A stretch of DNA of 63,870 bases, the filler included, from Octopus bimaculoides (taxonomy: Eukaryota): assembly GCF_001194135.2 (NCBI RefSeq). It is 8 parts of 8 records of this genome, joined end to end, with 100 filler letters (N's around TTAATTAATTAA, not from the genome) between each part and the next. Parts side by side here need not be neighbours in the genome. Positions count along the whole stretch, not along the records: positions 61,967 to 63,870 come from NC_068987.1; 7 more parts are not named here. One strand, written 5' to 3'. Made by a program: the position numbers and the translations under genes. Under the pieces are notes generated by a model, which saw only the letters and a list, made by a program, of their open reading frames with translations, made no database searches and was not told where the DNA came from. Of this stretch, positions 63,036 through 63,870 are shown in pieces; within the stretch, counting starts at the first letter, position 1, and every line of letters starts with the position of its first letter.

Positions 63036-63870
63036 CATGAATTATTCGCCTATGCCTGCCCAAAACACCAACACCTCACACAACACACATTCATTTTTGT
63101 TTTTCTGCGAAGTTACTCATAAAGCAATTTAGCATTAAACTGAAGGATCATACGCAATACTTTTTCGTAGAGTACATGTTTATTCATGTATGCGAGGAAA
63201 AGTTTACAGTAACATCGAAGTTTCAGCTTACAAGCCGTCATATATATTTATATGTGTATCTTTTCTACTGTTTATCTATCTATCTATTCCCCCTCTCTCT
63301 CTCTGTCTCCACACACACACATGTTGTACATAGCGTATATACAACGTGGAGAGGCAAAGCGCTGTGATTTTCGTCCGAGATAAACACCTTCATAGACGTG
63401 CTTTGTTAAAAACGCAATATATAAGGTATAAAGTTATATATATTAATATATATTCATATAGTCAACATCAAATAGCATAAAATACTATAAGTAGCAGCAA
63501 CCGTAAATTTTGCACGGAATTAATGGTAAACTTATTGGGTTATTTCTGAAAACTTTATGCAAAAAACATGTAAGATTAGCCTGTGTTGTGTCCGTATCAA
63601 AAGATGGTCACCCATCTGCTAATCATTGAAAAGTGAAGGAAATTAAAATACGATGATTATTTAATGCACTTTATATATGCACTTTATATATTTTATGCTC
63701 AATGTTCTAGACTTAATACACAACACTCTCCCTCTTTTTCTCTCACTCTTCGCCTTACCCTCTTTTTCTGTCCCCCCTTTGTTTTCTTTTGCATCTCGCC
63801 TTTTCCTTCAGCTAGTCACGTGAAAGCGTTATAGACGAGCTAAGTACTGGAAGGAAATAAACTTAGTTAA

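Noticed and set aside
63575-63630. GATGGGTGACC on the minus strand, resembling the 5S rRNA box C
   Set aside because: Only 11 nt match, and the flanks do not resemble 5S rRNA.

Overview
AT-rich eukaryotic genomic DNA, probably intronic or intergenic. About 15% is N gaps, and it is dense in (TA)n, (CA)n, (GA)n, (AAT)n, (TATC)n and (GAT)n microsatellites. The repeat landscape looks like an octopus (coleoid cephalopod) draft assembly; this is inferred from recalled repeat families, not verified. Almost every ORF in the supplied track is a translation of microsatellites or N runs. I recognise no intact host gene. Supported content: (1) more than 20 copies or fragments of at least four tRNA-headed SINE families, labelled A-D here; (2) decayed LINE fragments (CR1-group, RTE-group); (3) two divergent Penelope-like GIY-YIG endonuclease remnants; (4) a Helentron-type non-autonomous element; (5) seven artificial N44-TTAATTAATTAA-N44 scaffold spacers. 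The best leads are a 198-nt fold-back whose mismatches favour pairing on the minus strand, a minimal hammerhead ribozyme motif, a CRE/E-box/CCAAT/TATA promoter-like cluster with no recognisable gene, a SINE-LINE shared 3' stem-loop with compensatory changes, and a 10/13-nt periodic fold-back composite. I cannot establish a new multi-gene system from this window; the findings are leads to test.
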